Source: an uncultured delta proteobacterium
GTDB lineage: Bacteria > Myxococcota_A > Polyangia > Polyangiales > JAFGIB01
Length of the DNA stretch: 64,000 nt
Reading direction: 5' to 3'
Assembly: GCA_963778655.1 (NCBI GenBank)
Contig: CAVZVA010000009.1
Span: 1,498,606-1,562,605, forward strand
In this document: one piece after another, positions 61,962 through 64,000 of the stretch
How positions within the stretch are numbered: position 1 is the first letter of the stretch
Layout of the letters: each line of letters starts with the position of its first letter
Program-made: the position numbers and the translations under genes
Notes under the pieces: model-generated
What the model saw: the letters and a program-made list of their open reading frames with translations, nothing else
Told to the model about the DNA's origin: nothing
Databases searched by the model: none

Positions 61962-62908
61962 AGCGCCTGGGACTGATCGGCGTCGGCCCGTGGGGGCGCA
62001 GGTACGTCGACAGGATCGGTGAGCGCGAGGATTGCCGCATCTCGATGGTGGCGCGCGCCTCTATGGTGCAGGCGCACACCGTCCCCGGCGCCACGCCATG
62101 CGAAAGCTGGCAAACCCTGCTGCGACGAGCAGCGGCGGGCGAGCTGGATGGCGTGATTGCCGCGACCGCACCGCTGCACCAGGCCGAGGTGGCGGCAGCG
62201 TGCGCGGCGCTGGGTGTACCTCTGCTCGTCGAAAAGCCACTGGGGCTATCGCTTGCGGACGTCGCCAGCGTGCGCGAGCGCTTTGACGCCAGCGAGCGCA
62301 AAGCACCGCTCGTGGTCGACTACATTCACTTGTGGTCCGCCGCGTTCGTGCGCCTCAAAGCGCGCGTAGGTGAGGCGGGCGGCGCCGGTAGCGTGCTCCG
62401 AATCACGACCCAAGGCTTCAACCGCGGGCCTATTCGCGTGTACTCGTCGCTCCACGACTACGCTCCGCACGACCTTACGATGGCGCTCGACCTGCTCGGC
62501 ACCGACGCGGAGTTTCGGTTGCACGATGTCGGACGCACGACCACCGGCCCCGGCTACGAGCTGTACGATGCGCGTTTCAATCTCGGGGGCGTGCCAGTTC
62601 ACATGCGCGTGGGCAACGGCGCGGACCACAAGGCGCGTGGCTTCACGGTCACGCTACGCGACGGGCGAACGCTGGCTTACGACGACACCCGGCCCCATCC
62701 ATACAAGCTGGTCGAAAACGACACACCGCTCGCGGTCGATGCCGGCGGGCCCCTCGACGGGGTCCTGACCGACTTCCTCAAGCAAATCGGGGAATGGCAG
62801 AGAACTGGATCGGACGGGGGACGGGCTCGAGGGGCGCTCGGTCTATCCGCGCGTGTGAATGCCATCGTGGACAAGCTCGCGGCGCGGGCAGTGATCGAGA
62901 CGGCGTAG
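61958..62908 (+). CDS. Mirror copy of the Gfo/Idh/MocA oxidoreductase
   Basis: Matches 43607..44557 except ARFN vs ARFD. Confidence 0.75.
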   Translation: MKRLGLIGVGPWGRRYVDRIGEREDCRISMVARASMVQAHTVPGATPCESWQTLLRRAAAGELDGVIAATAPLHQAEVAAACAALGVPLLVEKPLGLSLADVASVRERFDASERKAPLVVDYIHLWSAAFVRLKARVGEAGGAGSVLRITTQGFNRGPIRVYSSLHDYAPHDLTMALDLLGTDAEFRLHDVGRTTTGPGYELYDARFNLGGVPVHMRVGNGADHKARGFTVTLRDGRTLAYDDTRPHPYKLVENDTPLAVDAGGPLDGVLTDFLKQIGEWQRTGSDGGRARGALGLSARVNAIVDKLAARAVIETA

Positions 62909-64000
62909 ATGTTCCCTGCGGCGGCGCCAGCGCGATCCTACGATTCGGGCGCGCAGCGCCTGTATGTGGCCGCCGTCGGCGACGTCGGCGATCCGTTGAC
63001 CTGGAGCGGCATTCCATTCCACCTGACCGAAGCAGGCCGAGCCGCGGGCTTCGTCACCTCGGGCTTGCCGTTCGGCACGAAGGGCTTGAGCTGGCTCGTG
63101 CGCCGCAGCGCGTGGAACCTGGGCCGCGTGGCCACGGGTGACCGGCGCGGCGGCTACCAGTACTCGACGGTGTTCCTGGAGCGTCTATGGCGGCCGGTGA
63201 AGCGGAATCTGGGCGGCGCTCGCGTGCTCAACTGTTTCCAGCTCTATGCCCCCTCGGTGGTCCATGACCGGTCGATCGAAAGGTGGTTCTTCATCGATCT
63301 CACGCTGACGCAGTTGTTCGATTACTACAACTTGCGCCCCCGGGTCGGACGCCGGATCGCCCTCGAGGCCGTCGAGCGCGAACGCGAGGGTTACGCTCGC
63401 GCTCGCGGGATCGTGGTCATGAGCCATTTTGCGGGGCGGAGCGTTCGAGAGGATTACGGCGTGGCCGAAGAGCGGATCCACGTGATCGTCCCGGGTGCCA
63501 ACCTCGATCCGGAGGTCTATCGCCGTTGGGAAGCGAGCGCCGCGCCGCCTTCCGCGCGTCCCCAGGACGCACTCCGGCTGGTGATGGTCTCGACCGACTG
63601 GAAGCGCAAGGGGCTCGACCGATTGCTGCGCGCCCTGGCTCTCGCGCGCCGGGAAGGTCTGCGCGCCACCCTCAGGGTAGTGGGCGACCAGCCGCGGGGC
63701 CTGCCGTCCGAGCTGATGGGACAGCCCGGGATCGAGTGGCTAGGGCGCATCAACAAGAACACGGACGCGGCCCGATTCCTCGACGCCGTGGCCAATGCCG
63801 ACGTGGGCTGCATCCTGGCGCGGCGCGAAGCCGGCGGCTCGGTTCTGCGCGAGTACCATGCCCTGGGCCTTGCCGCGCTGGCCACAGACGCCGGCGGAAT
63901 GCCCGATTTCATGTTTCCGGAGGCGGCGGTCACCGTACCGGCGGAAGCTTCGGACGAGGAGATCGCCGCGCAACTGCTGGCGCTTGGCCACGACCGCGAT
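62909..64000 (+). CDS. Mirror copy of glycosyltransferase 42410..43606 (partial, runs off window)
   Basis: ATG TTC CCT GCG start matches MFPAAAP. Confidence 0.7.
   Translation, partial: MFPAAAPARSYDSGAQRLYVAAVGDVGDPLTWSGIPFHLTEAGRAAGFVTSGLPFGTKGLSWLVRRSAWNLGRVATGDRRGGYQYSTVFLERLWRPVKRNLGGARVLNCFQLYAPSVVHDRSIERWFFIDLTLTQLFDYYNLRPRVGRRIALEAVEREREGYARARGIVVMSHFAGRSVREDYGVAEERIHVIVPGANLDPEVYRRWEASAAPPSARPQDALRLVMVSTDWKRKGLDRLLRALALARREGLRATLRVVGDQPRGLPSELMGQPGIEWLGRINKNTDAARFLDAVANADVGCILARREAGGSVLREYHALGLAALATDAGGMPDFMFPEAAVTVPAEASDEEIAAQLLALGHDRD

Larger units (their letters stand above)
53286..64000 (-). repeat. Right arm of the inverted repeat; error-rich mirror copy, probable sequencing/assembly artefact
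   Basis: Mirrors all genes of 42515-53252; indels and substitutions are densest at 53.4-55.4 kb and fade with distance. Confidence 0.95.

Overview
GC-rich bacterial chromosome segment. The gene content (rpsP-khpA-rimM-trmD-SPOUT-rplS order, PP2C phosphatase, multiheme lipoprotein, Uma2 nuclease) fits Myxococcota or another deltaproteobacterial lineage; this is inference. 1) 0.4-7.9 kb: a sulfur-assimilation operon: Rrf2/CymR-like regulator, cysK, E1-like ThiF/MoeB, CysO-like ubiquitin-fold carrier, a small degenerate E1-like ORF, cysM-like synthase, JAB peptidase, aprA/aprB-like APS reductase and larE. The most striking signal is that the E1 appears split into two complementary proteins. The catalytic chain lacks the N-terminal RYxR arginine-finger segment, and a separate 129-aa ORF keeps that segment plus the dimer helix but has no P-loop, resembling eukaryotic heterodimeric E1s. 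2) 8-27.6 kb: ribosomal/tRNA-modification operon, a UshA-like/tetraheme lipoprotein, rlpA, acyl-CoA dehydrogenase, putA, a carboxyltransferase, an uncharacterised UDG-acidic/propeller-HEAT/TPR-SWIM operon, PP2C and a nucleotidyltransferase, with several dispersed palindromic elements. 3) 27.9-53.2 kb: a surface polysaccharide locus (ugd, epimerase, fcl, gmd, two FkbM, wzy, wzx, seven GT4, a broken acyltransferase and a putative C-methyl branched-sugar cassette). 4) 53.3-64 kb: an error-rich reverse-complement copy of 42.5-53.25 kb, joined through a 33-nt spacer resembling a mis-called Nanopore adapter. It is most likely a fold-back read artefact, and the disagreements between the arms cluster at GATC, hinting at methylation of that motif.
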